From an uncultured delta proteobacterium (GTDB taxonomy: Bacteria; Myxococcota; Myxococcia; Myxococcales; Anaeromyxobacteraceae), in NCBI GenBank assembly GCA_963845515.1, contig CAWJSR010000012.1, forward strand, positions 11,503-75,502: 64,000 nucleotides of DNA, given 5' to 3'. The position numbers were made by a program, and so were the translations under genes. This document shows, in pieces, positions 25,262 to 34,662 of this stretch. The notes beneath the pieces were generated by a model. The model was given only the letters and a program-made list of their open reading frames with translations, was not told where the DNA came from and made no database searches. How positions within the stretch are numbered: the stretch's first letter is position 1; every line of letters starts with the position of its first letter.

Positions 25262-25947
25262 GAGAGTTTTCGGTAGATACCCACGACCACGCCGAGGATC
25301 ATCGTGCTGCGGAAGTCGGACTCCCTGACGTAGATGGGCGCCATGCGCGGATTGGACGGCTGGAACCGGACCCGGTCTCCCTCGAAGTAGACCCGCTTCA
25401 CGGTCGCCTCGTCGCCGATCATGGCCACGACGATCTCGCCGTCCTCGGCATGGAGCTGCTTCTTCACGAAGACGTAGTCGCCGGAGAGGATCCCGTCCCC
25501 GATCATCGAGTCGCCCTGCACGCGCAGGCCGTAGACCTTCTTGTTGGTCCCGAGCAGGAAGGAGTCGACCTGGACGGTGTCCTCGACGTGCTGCTGGGCG
25601 AGGATCGGCTGGCCGGCGGCGACGCGCCCGAGGATGGGGATCTCGACCAGCCGCGTCCCCGGCTTGCCCGCCACGCGCGGGCGGAGGGGGACGACCTTGG
25701 AGTCATGCCCGCCGCCGAGCACCTCTCGTGCGCGCTCGCCCGGGATGAGGGCGCGCGACTTCACCGGGTCGCGGGTCAGGAAGCCCTTCTTCTCGAGGGC
25801 CTTGAGGTGGTCGTTCACGCCGTTGGTCGAGCGGATGTCGAGCGCCTCGCCGATCTCGCGGATGGTGGGCGGGTACCCGTTGTCCTCGATGTTCTGGACG
25901 ATGAAGCGGAGCACCTCTAGCTGCCGGTCGGTGAGGGTAGCGCTCAT
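25258..25947 (-). CDS. lexA: SOS repressor LexA
   Basis: LTDRQ...[17 protein letters not shown] cleavage site, VQGDSM, EATVKR; GGAGG RBS. Confidence 0.97.
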   Translation of the reverse strand: MSATLTDRQLEVLRFIVQNIEDNGYPPTIREIGEALDIRSTNGVNDHLKALEKKGFLTRDPVKSRALIPGERAREVLGGGHDSKVVPLRPRVAGKPGTRLVEIPILGRVAAGQPILAQQHVEDTVQVDSFLLGTNKKVYGLRVQGDSMIGDGILSGDYVFVKKQLHAEDGEIVVAMIGDEATVKRVYFEGDRVRFQPSNPRMAPIYVRESDFRSTMILGVVVGIYRKLS

Positions 25948-25955
25948 GACACCTC

Positions 25956-25986
25956 CTGAACATCGGTATACTGTCACCGTGTTCAG
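25956..25986. promoter_or_regulatory. Probable LexA operator pair
   Basis: CTGAACA...TGTTCAG inverted repeat; CTGTCACCGTGTTCAG and reverse GTATACCGATGTTCAG directly upstream of lexA. Confidence 0.7.
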
Positions 25987-26025
25987 AAGGCAAGAAACAG
26001 GCGTGGGGCGGGGTAGGGTGGCGCG

Positions 26026-26943
26026 GTGAGCCCACCGCCCCTCGGGACGTCGATCTCCGCCGGCCTTCGCGCCGCCGCTCGCGAGGGCTGGCTGCTGCCC
26101 GTCTCCGCGCTCCTCTCGGTCCTGCGGTCCGCCGCGACGGTGCCGGCGCTGGCCGTCGCGGTGCTGCTTCCGCTGGAAGGTGCTGCCGCCGCGGCGCGCC
26201 GGTCCCCGCTCTCGCTGACGGCGCCGCTCGAGGGCGCCTGGGCGGTCATGGGCTCGACGCGGTACCTCGCGCTCGTCGGCGGGCTCCTGCTCGCGGGGAC
26301 CCTCGCAGCGGCGCTCCTCCGCGTCCTCTTCCTCGCCGGCGCCCTCCCGACGCTGGGCGCGAGCATGGCCGGGGTGGATGCGACGCGCTCCTTCGCCCCC
26401 GGCGTCGCCTGGGGGTTCCCCAGGCAGCTCGCCACCTGGACGCTGGCGGCGCTGGCCGACCTGGGTGCGGTCGCCTACCTGACCGTTGGGGTGGCGGCCG
26501 CGATCTGGGCAGTCGGCGGCGGCACGGGAGCTGGCCACCCGGTGCTGCTCGCCGTGCTCGGCGCGCTGGTGCTCGCCACAGGCCTGGCGGCGATCGTCGC
26601 GTCCCGCGTGGTGGGCGACGCGGCCGCCGCACGGTGCGCGATCCTCGGGGAGGGGGCCGCGCAGTCCTTCGCGGGGGCGACCCGCCGCCTACTGGAGCGC
26701 CCCGGCGCGTTCCTCATCGGCGGCCTGGTGGCGGCCCTGGCCGGACTGGCGGCGACGGCGGCGCTCCAACCGGCCGCCGGCATCCTCGGAACGCTCGGCG
26801 GGCGGCTGGACGGGGTGGCGCTGCTTGGGCCCCGGTGGATGCTGGCGACGCTCGCGGCCCTCGCGGCGGCGGCCGTGGACCTCGCCTGGCTCGCGACGAT
26901 CGGCGCGCTAGCCTGTGGCGAGGACCGCAGGGCGCGGCGCTAG
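26026..26943 (+). CDS. Hypothetical multi-pass membrane protein
   Basis: About six hydrophobic segments. Confidence 0.7.
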   Translation: MSPPPLGTSISAGLRAAAREGWLLPVSALLSVLRSAATVPALAVAVLLPLEGAAAAARRSPLSLTAPLEGAWAVMGSTRYLALVGGLLLAGTLAAALLRVLFLAGALPTLGASMAGVDATRSFAPGVAWGFPRQLATWTLAALADLGAVAYLTVGVAAAIWAVGGGTGAGHPVLLAVLGALVLATGLAAIVASRVVGDAAAARCAILGEGAAQSFAGATRRLLERPGAFLIGGLVAALAGLAATAALQPAAGILGTLGGRLDGVALLGPRWMLATLAALAAAAVDLAWLATIGALACGEDRRARR

Positions 26944-26951
26944 CGGCCTGC

Positions 26952-28637
26952 TCAGCGCTTCAGCCAGCGCCGCAGCGGCACCTTGCGCAGGTGTAGCGGC
27001 GCGAGGTGCATGAACATGCCGCCGAGCGCCAGCAGCGAGCCGGCGCCGAGTGAGAGGGCACCGATGAGCGTCACGTGCCCGCCGCCGGCCGCCAGGGCCA
27101 CGAAGCCGCCGACGAGGAAGGCGGAGGCCAGGAGCCCCGTGAAGAGCAGCGCGGCGGCGTTCCGCAGCTGCACCGTGGCCCGATCCATCGCCTCCGAGGC
27201 GACGTTGACGCGGAGCTTCCCGGACTCCAGGTCGACCAGGATCTGGCCGAGCTGCGTGGGGAGGTCCTCGGCGAGCCCCTGGAGCTTCATCAGGGAGCGG
27301 AGGAGCACCCCCGACGCGTCCGCCGGGTTGAAGCGGGCGAGGAGCAGCTCCTTGGCGTAGGGGAGCCCCACCTCGAGTATGTCGAGGCTGGGGTTGAGCC
27401 GGCGGATGATCCCCTCGACGGTGATGGCCGCCTTGGCCAGCACCGCGTACTCCTTGGGGATCTTGATCTTGTGGCGGACCGCGAGGTCGAGCAGATCCCG
27501 GAGCAGCGTCGCCGTCCGGATCTCGTCGAGCCTGAGCCCGAGGTAGCGCTCCAGGATCCCGTCGATGTCGGCGCGGAAGTCGACGATCGGCTGCCGCAGC
27601 TCGACGGTGCCGATCCGGTTGAGCAGGCGGGCGATCGACTCGGAGTCGCGCAGCGCGACGCCGATGATGAGCGTGACGAGCGCGTCCTGCTGGACGCGGG
27701 TGAGCCGCCCGACCAGGCCGAAGTCGAGGAGCGCGATCCCGTTACCGGGGAGGACGAGGACGTTCCCGGGGTGGGGATCGCCGTGGAAGAGGCCGTCCTC
27801 GAAGAGCTGGCGGAAGGCGGCCTCGATGATGTTGCGTGAGACGCGGTCGAGGTCGAAGCCGCCGGCGGCCGTGACGTCGCCGAGCTTCGTCCCCTCGATG
27901 TACTCGAGCGTCAGCACGGTGCTCGAGGAGAGCTCGTCGAAGACGCGGGGGATGATCGGCACCGTCCGCTTCCCGGCGGCCACGGCCATCTCCTTGGCGT
28001 TCCGGGCCTCGTTGGAGAAGTCGAGCTCCTCGTGGATCGTCCTGTCGAACTCCTCGATGATGTCGGTCGGGGTGTAGACGCCCGTCTCCTCGACGACGGC
28101 CCCGACCGCGCGCGCCAGGTAGTAGAGGAGCGTGAGGTCGGACTCGATCCGGTCCCTGATGTGCGGGCGCTGCACCTTCACCACGACGCGCTCGCCGGCG
28201 TGGGTCCTGGCGAGGTGCACCTGGGCGATCGAGGCGCTGGCGAGCGGCCTGGGATCGAGCTCGGCGAAGAGCGTCTCGACCGGCTTGCCGAGCCCCCGCT
28301 CGATCTCGTCGCGGATCTCGCCGATGTCGACCGGCGGGCAGGCGTCCTGCAGGTGCTCCAGCTCGTCGATCCAGTGGGAGGGGAGGAAGTCCGGACGGGT
28401 CGAGAGGAGCTGCCCCAGCTTGATGAAGGTCGTGCCCAGCTCAGCGAGCATCTGGCGGAAGCGGGCGGCGGTCTTCCGGTCGGGCGCCGGCATGCCGCCC
28501 GCCTCCGCCGGCACCGCGTCGCGTCCGAGGAGCTCGCCGAGCCGCGAGCGCTCGAGGTACGCGCCGAACCCGTGGCGAGCGAGGGCGGCCGCGATCTGGC
28601 GCAGCCGGTTCAGGTCCTGGAAAGCCTCTCGGAACAT
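26952..28637 (-). CDS. ABC1/UbiB-family atypical kinase
   Basis: TFIKLGQLLSTRPD, ASASIAQVH, VVKVQRP, FHGDPHPGN, LLDFG. Confidence 0.93.
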   Translation of the reverse strand: MFREAFQDLNRLRQIAAALARHGFGAYLERSRLGELLGRDAVPAEAGGMPAPDRKTAARFRQMLAELGTTFIKLGQLLSTRPDFLPSHWIDELEHLQDACPPVDIGEIRDEIERGLGKPVETLFAELDPRPLASASIAQVHLARTHAGERVVVKVQRPHIRDRIESDLTLLYYLARAVGAVVEETGVYTPTDIIEEFDRTIHEELDFSNEARNAKEMAVAAGKRTVPIIPRVFDELSSSTVLTLEYIEGTKLGDVTAAGGFDLDRVSRNIIEAAFRQLFEDGLFHGDPHPGNVLVLPGNGIALLDFGLVGRLTRVQQDALVTLIIGVALRDSESIARLLNRIGTVELRQPIVDFRADIDGILERYLGLRLDEIRTATLLRDLLDLAVRHKIKIPKEYAVLAKAAITVEGIIRRLNPSLDILEVGLPYAKELLLARFNPADASGVLLRSLMKLQGLAEDLPTQLGQILVDLESGKLRVNVASEAMDRATVQLRNAAALLFTGLLASAFLVGGFVALAAGGGHVTLIGALSLGAGSLLALGGMFMHLAPLHLRKVPLRRWLKR

Positions 28638-28696
28638 GCAGTGGCGCCGATGCTAGCGCCGTTCCGGGGGTGGATGCGATAAGACACCCAGCGCGC

Positions 28697-31344
28697 ATGC
28701 CCGATATCGCCCCAGCCACGACGCCGATGATGCGCCAGTACCTCGAGACCAAGGCGAGGTACCCGGACGCCATCCTCTTCTTCCGGCTCGGCGACTTCTA
28801 CGAGATGTTCTTCGAGGACGCCGTCACCGCCTCGGAGGCGCTCCAGATCACCCTCACCTCCCGCGCGAAGGGGGACGACCGGGTGCCGATGTGCGGCGTC
28901 CCCCACCACGCCGCGCGTGGCTACGTCGCCCGCCTGCTCGCGAAGGGGTTCAAGGTCGCCATCTGCGACCAGGTGGAGGAGCCGGGGAAGTCGGCCATCG
29001 TCAGGCGCGAGGTGACCCGCGTGGTCACGCCGGGGATGGTCTTCGACGACCAGGTGCTGGAGCCGCGCGAGTCGAGCTACCTGGGCGCCGTCGCGCCGGC
29101 GGCGGGAGCGATCGGCCTTGCCCTCCTGGACGCCTCGACCGGCCAGCTGCTCTGCGGCGAGGTGCCGGACGACGCGCGCGCGGTGGACGAGCTTCGCCGA
29201 GCCGGGGTCCGTGAGCTGATCTTCCCCCGCAGCGCCGAGCCGTCCCGGGTGGAGGCCATGGCCAGGGAGATCGGCGCGCCGGCCGCGCTGCGCGACGACG
29301 ACGACTTCGCGCGAGCGCCGGAGAAGCTGCGCCGCCACCTCGCCGTCCAGGGGCTCGACGGGTTCGGGGTCGACGGACTGCCGGCGGGGCTCTCGGCCGC
29401 CGCCGCCGCGCTCGCGTACCTCACCGAGACGCAGCGCTCCAGCGCGCGCCACGTCGACCGGATCGCGCGGCTCCAGACCGACCGTGTCCTCCTGCTCGAC
29501 GAGAGCACCCGCGCGAACCTGGAGCTGGAGCGGACGCTGCGGGGAGAGAAGCGCAAGGGGACGCTCCTCGCGCTGCTCGACCGGACCGTGACCGCGCCGG
29601 GGGCGCGCCGGCTCGCCGAGTGGCTCCGCTACCCGCTCCTGGACCTCGACGGGATCCGCGACCGGCTCGACGCGGTCGAGGAGCTGGCCGGCTCCTCCGT
29701 GCGGCGCGAGGAGCTGCTGGACGGGCTCCGCCCCGTGGCCGACGTGGAGCGGCTCCTCTCCAGGCTGGCGCTCGGGCAGGGGAACGGGCGGGATCTGAGG
29801 GCCCTCGCGGGCGGGCTGCTCGCCCTCCCGGCGCTCGCGGACCTGCTGGAGGGGAGCGCCTCGACGCTGCTTCGCGTCGCCGGCGCGGGGCTCCGCGGGC
29901 TCGAGGAGCTGGCGGCGCTGCTCGACCGGGCCGTGGCCGACGAGCCGCCGGCGGGGCTTCGGGACGGCGGGCTGATCCGTAGGGGCTTCTCGGCCGAGCT
30001 GGACGAGATCGTCGCCATCTCCGAGGACGGGAAGGGCTGGATCGCCAGGCTCGAGGTCAGGGAGCGGGAGCGGACCGGGATCGGCTCGCTCAAGGTGCGG
30101 TTCAACAAGGTCTTCGGCTACTACATCGAGGTCACGAAGCCCAACCTGCACCTCGTCCCGGAGGGCTACGAGCGGCGCCAGACGACGGTGGGCGGCGAGC
30201 GGTTCGTGACCCCCGAGCTCAAGGAGTTCGAGGAGAAGGTCCTCACCGCGGAGGAGCGCCGCTTCGCCATCGAGGAGCGGATCTTCGAGGAGCTGCGGCA
30301 GGCGGTCGTCGAGGCGGCCCCCCGCATCCGCGGCGCGGCCGAGGCGCTCTCGCGTGCCGACGCGCTCCTCTCGCTCGCGCGCGTCGCAGCGGAGCGGGGC
30401 TTCACCCGCCCCGACGTGGAGGACTCCGAGGTCCTCGAGATCGACGAGGGGCGCCACGCGGTGGTCGAGGCGCTGCTCCCCGCCGACTCCGGAGGGTTCG
30501 TCCCGAACGACCTGCGGGTGGCCTCGCGGGGGGCAGGGGAGGCCGCCTCGCACGGCGCGCTGCTCGTCATCACCGGCCCCAACATGGCCGGGAAGTCGAC
30601 GGTCATGCGGCAGGCGGCCCTGATCGTGCTGCTCGCGCAGATGGGGAGCTTCGTCCCGGCGCGGCGGGCACGGGTCGGGCTGGTCGACCGGATCTTCACC
30701 CGCGTCGGCGCCTCGGACGACCTCGCGCGCGGCCGCTCCACGTTCATGGTCGAGATGACCGAGACCGCGGCCATCCTCCACAACGCCACGCGCCGCTCGC
30801 TGGTCGTCCTCGACGAGATCGGACGCGGCACCTCGACCTTCGACGGGCTCTCGATCGCGTGGGCAGTCGCGGAGCACCTCCACGACAAGGTCGGGTGCAG
30901 GACCCTCTTCGCGACCCACTACCACGAGCTGCAGGACCTCGCCCGCGAGCGCCCCGACGTCCGAAACCTCACCGTGGCGGTGAAGGAGGTCGGCGATCGG
31001 ATCGTCTTCCTCCGCAAGCTCGTGCAAGGGGGAGCGTCGCGCTCCTACGGCATCGAGGTCGCGAAGCTGGCGGGGCTTCCCGCCGAGATCCTGCTGCGCG
31101 CCAGGGAGATCCTGAAGAACCTGGAGTCGCTCGAGGTCGACGACGGGGGCCACGCGACGCTCGCGCGGGAAGGCGGCCGCGCCGTCCGGCGCCGCCCGCC
31201 GAGAACCAGCTCGGGCTCTTCGGCGCCGGGGGCGATCCCACGGCGGCGCGCCTTCGCGAGGAGCTGGAGGCGCTCGACGTCGACGCGCTCCGCCCGCTCG
31301 ACGCGCTCAACCTGGTGGCCGGCTGGAAGAAGCTGGTCGAGTAG
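28697..31344 (+). CDS. mutS: DNA mismatch repair protein MutS (frameshift ~31190)
   Basis: TPMMRQY, GDFYEMF, TGPNMAGKST, STFMVEM, DEIGRGTS, FATHYHEL; C-terminus QLGLF...PLDALN in a shifted frame. Confidence 0.97.
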
Positions 31345-31348
31345 GGCG

Positions 31349-31394
31349 CCCCTCACCCCGGCCCTCAACCTCGGCGGGACCGGGGAGAGGAGAG
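31349..31394. repeat. Degenerate REP-like palindromic element
   Basis: CCCCTCACCCCGGCCCTC...CCGGGGAGAGG, resembling the common CCCTCACCCC...GGGAGAGG intergenic repeat type. Confidence 0.4.
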
Positions 31395-31416
31395 AAGCCT
31401 GCTGCGCTGCGCGCTC

Positions 31417-31445
31417 AATAAGAAAGGGACCGGCGACCGGTCCCT
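31417..31445 (-). terminator. Intrinsic terminator
   Basis: AGGGACCGG-cga-CCGGTCCCT stem with an A-rich left flank (U-tract on minus). Confidence 0.7.
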
Positions 31446-31484
31446 CTTCGTGTCACGCGGGCGTTCAGGCCGCGCGGCGCGTGC

Positions 31485-31769
31485 CTACTTCTTGTGGCAC
31501 TCGGCGCACTTCTGCGGGCCCTTGCCTTCCTTCTTGTGGCACTCGTGGCACATCTTGTGCCCCTTGTCCTTGTCGAGGCCGGCGATCTTGCCGCCCTTGG
31601 CGTCGGCGTGGCAGGTCTCGCACTTCAGCGCCCTTGTGGCCGACGAGTGATTGAAGGTGACCGCGCCGCTCTTGGCCTGGAGGACGACGGCTTCGCGGGG
31701 GCGTCGGCGGCGATCGGCAGTTCCGACGAGCATCATGGCGGCAGCCGCCATCGAGAGAAGAACCTTCAT
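31485..31769 (-). CDS. Triheme cytochrome c7 (PpcA-like), probably with local indels
   Basis: Signal peptide, G.VTFNH, CETCH, GH..CHECH, GP.KCAECHKK. Confidence 0.88.
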   Translation of the reverse strand: MKVLLSMAAAAMMLVGTADRRRRPREAVVLQAKSGAVTFNHSSATRALKCETCHADAKGGKIAGLDKDKGHKMCHECHKKEGKGPQKCAECHKK

Positions 31770-31891
31770 TTCTGTGAACCTCCGGTATCTGGGCGGGTCA
31801 ATTCCCGGCCGTGTAAGCGCGTGACGCTACCTCCTTTGTGGAGAGACGCCACGCGGCACGATGCCGCACCCAGACGTGACGCTCGCTCCAC

Positions 31892-31922
31892 AGAAAGAGG
31901 GGCCGGTCGCCCGGCCCCTCTT
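31892..31922 (-). terminator. Intrinsic terminator
   Basis: AAGAGGGGCCGG-tcgc-CCGGCCCCTCTT. Confidence 0.7.
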
Positions 31923-31962
31923 CCTTCATCAGCCGCGCTTCACGCGGGTCGAAGTCGGCAGC

Positions 31963-32241
31963 CTACTTCTTGTGGCAGCCGTCGCACTTCGTAGGCCCCT
32001 TGGCCTCCTTCGTGTGGCAGCCCTTGCAGAGCTCGTGCGCCTTGTCCTTGTTGAAGCCCGCGATCTTGCCGGGGGCCGCAGTGTGGCAGGTCTTGCAGCC
32101 CTTCGTGGCGTGGGCCTTGTGCGCGAACGTCACCTTGCCGGACTTGGCCTCGAAGGTGACGGTCTCCGGCGGCGTGGCGGCCGACGCGACGGTGACGATG
32201 AGGGCGGCGAAGATGGCGGTGATCAGCTTGGTCACGTGCAT
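31963..32241 (-). CDS. Triheme cytochrome c7 (PpcA-like)
   Basis: Signal peptide, G.VTFAHKAH, CKTCH, AH..CKGCH, GPTKCDGCHKK. Confidence 0.92.
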   Translation of the reverse strand: MHVTKLITAIFAALIVTVASAATPPETVTFEAKSGKVTFAHKAHATKGCKTCHTAAPGKIAGFNKDKAHELCKGCHTKEAKGPTKCDGCHKK

Positions 32242-32482
32242 GCTCCTGGTATTCGGGGGCGGATGAGCCCGCCCGGGTGTTGGACGGCGCAGTCTAGCCG
32301 CTATTCACATCCCCCTGTAACAAAATGTCGCAGGCGCTCAGGCATTCGGTAAGTGACCGTAACTACGCAATGTAGCTGACGTTTACCCAAGCGCACGCCC
32401 TGTCGAGCACTGCCTCGACACTGGCAGGCCCCGAGCGTGCGAAAAATGGACGCCGATATCGAAGGGCGGGAGATTGGGGTCC

Positions 32483-34634
32483 ATGGGCCGGATCGCCGTC
32501 CTCGTCGCGAGCCTTGCGCTCGCCCTCCCAGCGGTTCCCTCCGCCGCGGCCGGGCGGGCCGCTGCTCGCCGCAACCAGCCGCAACCCGTGGCGAAAGGCG
32601 CCAGGACCCCGAGCCTCGCCGAGGCGACCGAGGCCATGAAGGCGGTGATGCGCGACCCCGAGCGGCGCAACTACCGCCAGAACTGGGAGAGGGCCATCAA
32701 TGGCCTGCTCTCGGCAGCGCGCGGCGAGAGCAAGGCCGCCGCGTGGCTGGAGGCGGGGCGGGCTCGCTGGGCACTGTACCGCTGGTCCGCAAACGAGAGC
32801 GACCGTGAGAAGGCGCTCATCCTCGCCAACCGCGCCGTTCAGCTCGGCTCCGCGGAAGGCAGGCAGCTCGCGGCCGCGATCCGATCCGGGCTCTGGCGAC
32901 GACGCTGGTGAGGGCGAGCGCCGTTCGCGTCCCGGCCGAAGAGGCCCGCCACCGTCCGAGGCAAAGGGGGAGCGTGGGCCTGGGCTCGCCAGGGCGAGCG
33001 AAGCCATGAAGTCGCTCATGCGCGACCGCGAGCGGCGCCGTTACCGCCACAACTGGGATCGCGCCATCAATGGCCTGCTCTCGGCCGCGCGCGGCAAGGA
33101 CAAGGCTGCCGCGTGGCTGGAGGCAGGGCAGGCCCGCTACGCCCTGTACCGCTGGTCTGCGAACGAGAGCGACCGCGACAAGGCGCTCACCCTCGCCAAC
33201 CGCGCCGCGCAGCTCGGCTCCTCGGAGGGCAGGCTGCTCGCCGCGGCGATCCGGGAGGAGGCGGGCGACGACACTGTAGAGGTCGCGCGCCGCTCGCATC
33301 CCGGCCGCAGGGGCGTGAGTCATCCACGGCTCTCCCCCGGGAGGGAACCAGCCCGCGAGGAGCGGGATGAGGTCGAGGAGGACGAGGACTCGCCGCCCGA
33401 TCCGACGCTCACCGCGGCGCTCGCGGATCTCGAGTCGCCGGCCGAGACACCCACGCTGAAGCTCGGCGAGGACCGGCAGCAGGGACCGGCGCAGGTCACC
33501 GAGGTCCGCTCCTGGGCGAGCGGCGACTACTCTCGCGTCGCGGTCTACCTCTCGCACTGGGTAGGCTGGCAGAAGCTGGAGCTGCCGCCCGAGGGCGGCC
33601 AGCCTCGGCGCCTCGCCTTCGACTTCAGGCCGGCGACGCTCGCCGGCAAGGCGCTCACCCGCTCCATGGCGGGCGCGCAGATCGACCGGGTGCGCGCGGC
33701 GCAGAACGCCGGCGACACGGTCCGCGTCGTGCTCGACCTCGCCGGCAGCGACGCCTCGGAGGTCTTCGCCCTGGACGACCCGCCGCGACTCGTCGTGGAC
33801 GTCGGCACGCACCCGGCCCCCACGCCGGTCGCCGACGGCTCGACGCGTCCGGCGGAGCCGTCCCCGGTCGAGCCGCCGGAGCGCAAGGCCCCAGCCGCCG
33901 GCGCCTCGGCGCGCGAGGAGGAGGAGCAGCAGCCGCGCACGGTCCGCCGCATCGTCGTCGACGCCGGTCATGGCGGACACGACCCCGGCGCCATAGGGAG
34001 GCGGGGGCTGCGCGAGAAGGACGTCACGCTCGACATCGCGCGAAAGGTCGCCAGGCTCCTGAAGGCAGACGGCTTCGACGTGGTCCTGACGCGGGACGCC
34101 GACAGGTTCCTCCAGCTCGAGGAGCGGACGGCGCTCGCCAACACCTCTCGCGGCGACCTCTTCGTCTCGATCCACGCGAACGCCCACCCCAGGCGCAACC
34201 GGAGCGGCATCGAGACGTACTTCCTCAACGTCACGGACGACCGCTACGCCGCGCGGCTGGCGGCCCGGGAGAACGGCGCCGCGCCGGACGGAGAGGACTC
34301 GGACGACGTCCTCCAGCGGATCCGCTCCGACCTGGACGCGGTGGCGAGCGCAGGATCGTCCAGGCAGCTCGCCGACCTCGTCCAGCGGGAGCTCTGCCGG
34401 TCGGTGCGGAGCCGCTTCGGAGACGTCAGGGACCTCGGGGTCAAGAGCGCGCTCTTCTACGTGCTGCTCGGCGCCCGGATGCCGGCGGTCCTGGTGGAGA
34501 CGGGCTTCATCTCGAACGCCGCGGAGGAGAAGCGGCTCGCGTCGCCGGCCTACCGCGCCGAGGTGGCCAGCGCCGTCACGCGGGCCGTGCGGGGCTTCGC
34601 CAGGTCGGACGAGCGCGTCGCCGCAGCCCGCTGA
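32483..34634 (+). CDS. N-acetylmuramoyl-L-alanine amidase (AMIN-like + Amidase_3) with duplicated N-terminal domain; frameshift ~32885
   Basis: Signal peptide; VRVVLDL..PPRLVVDV; VVDAGHGGHDPGA, EKD, FVSIHAN, PAVLVETGFISN. Confidence 0.9.
32615..33253 (+). repeat. Tandem duplication of a ~90-codon domain
   Basis: 32615-32883 vs 32985-33253, 73/90 aa identical by eye. Confidence 0.92.
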
Positions 34635-34662
34635 GCCCTGCCGCCGCTATACTCGGGTGAGC

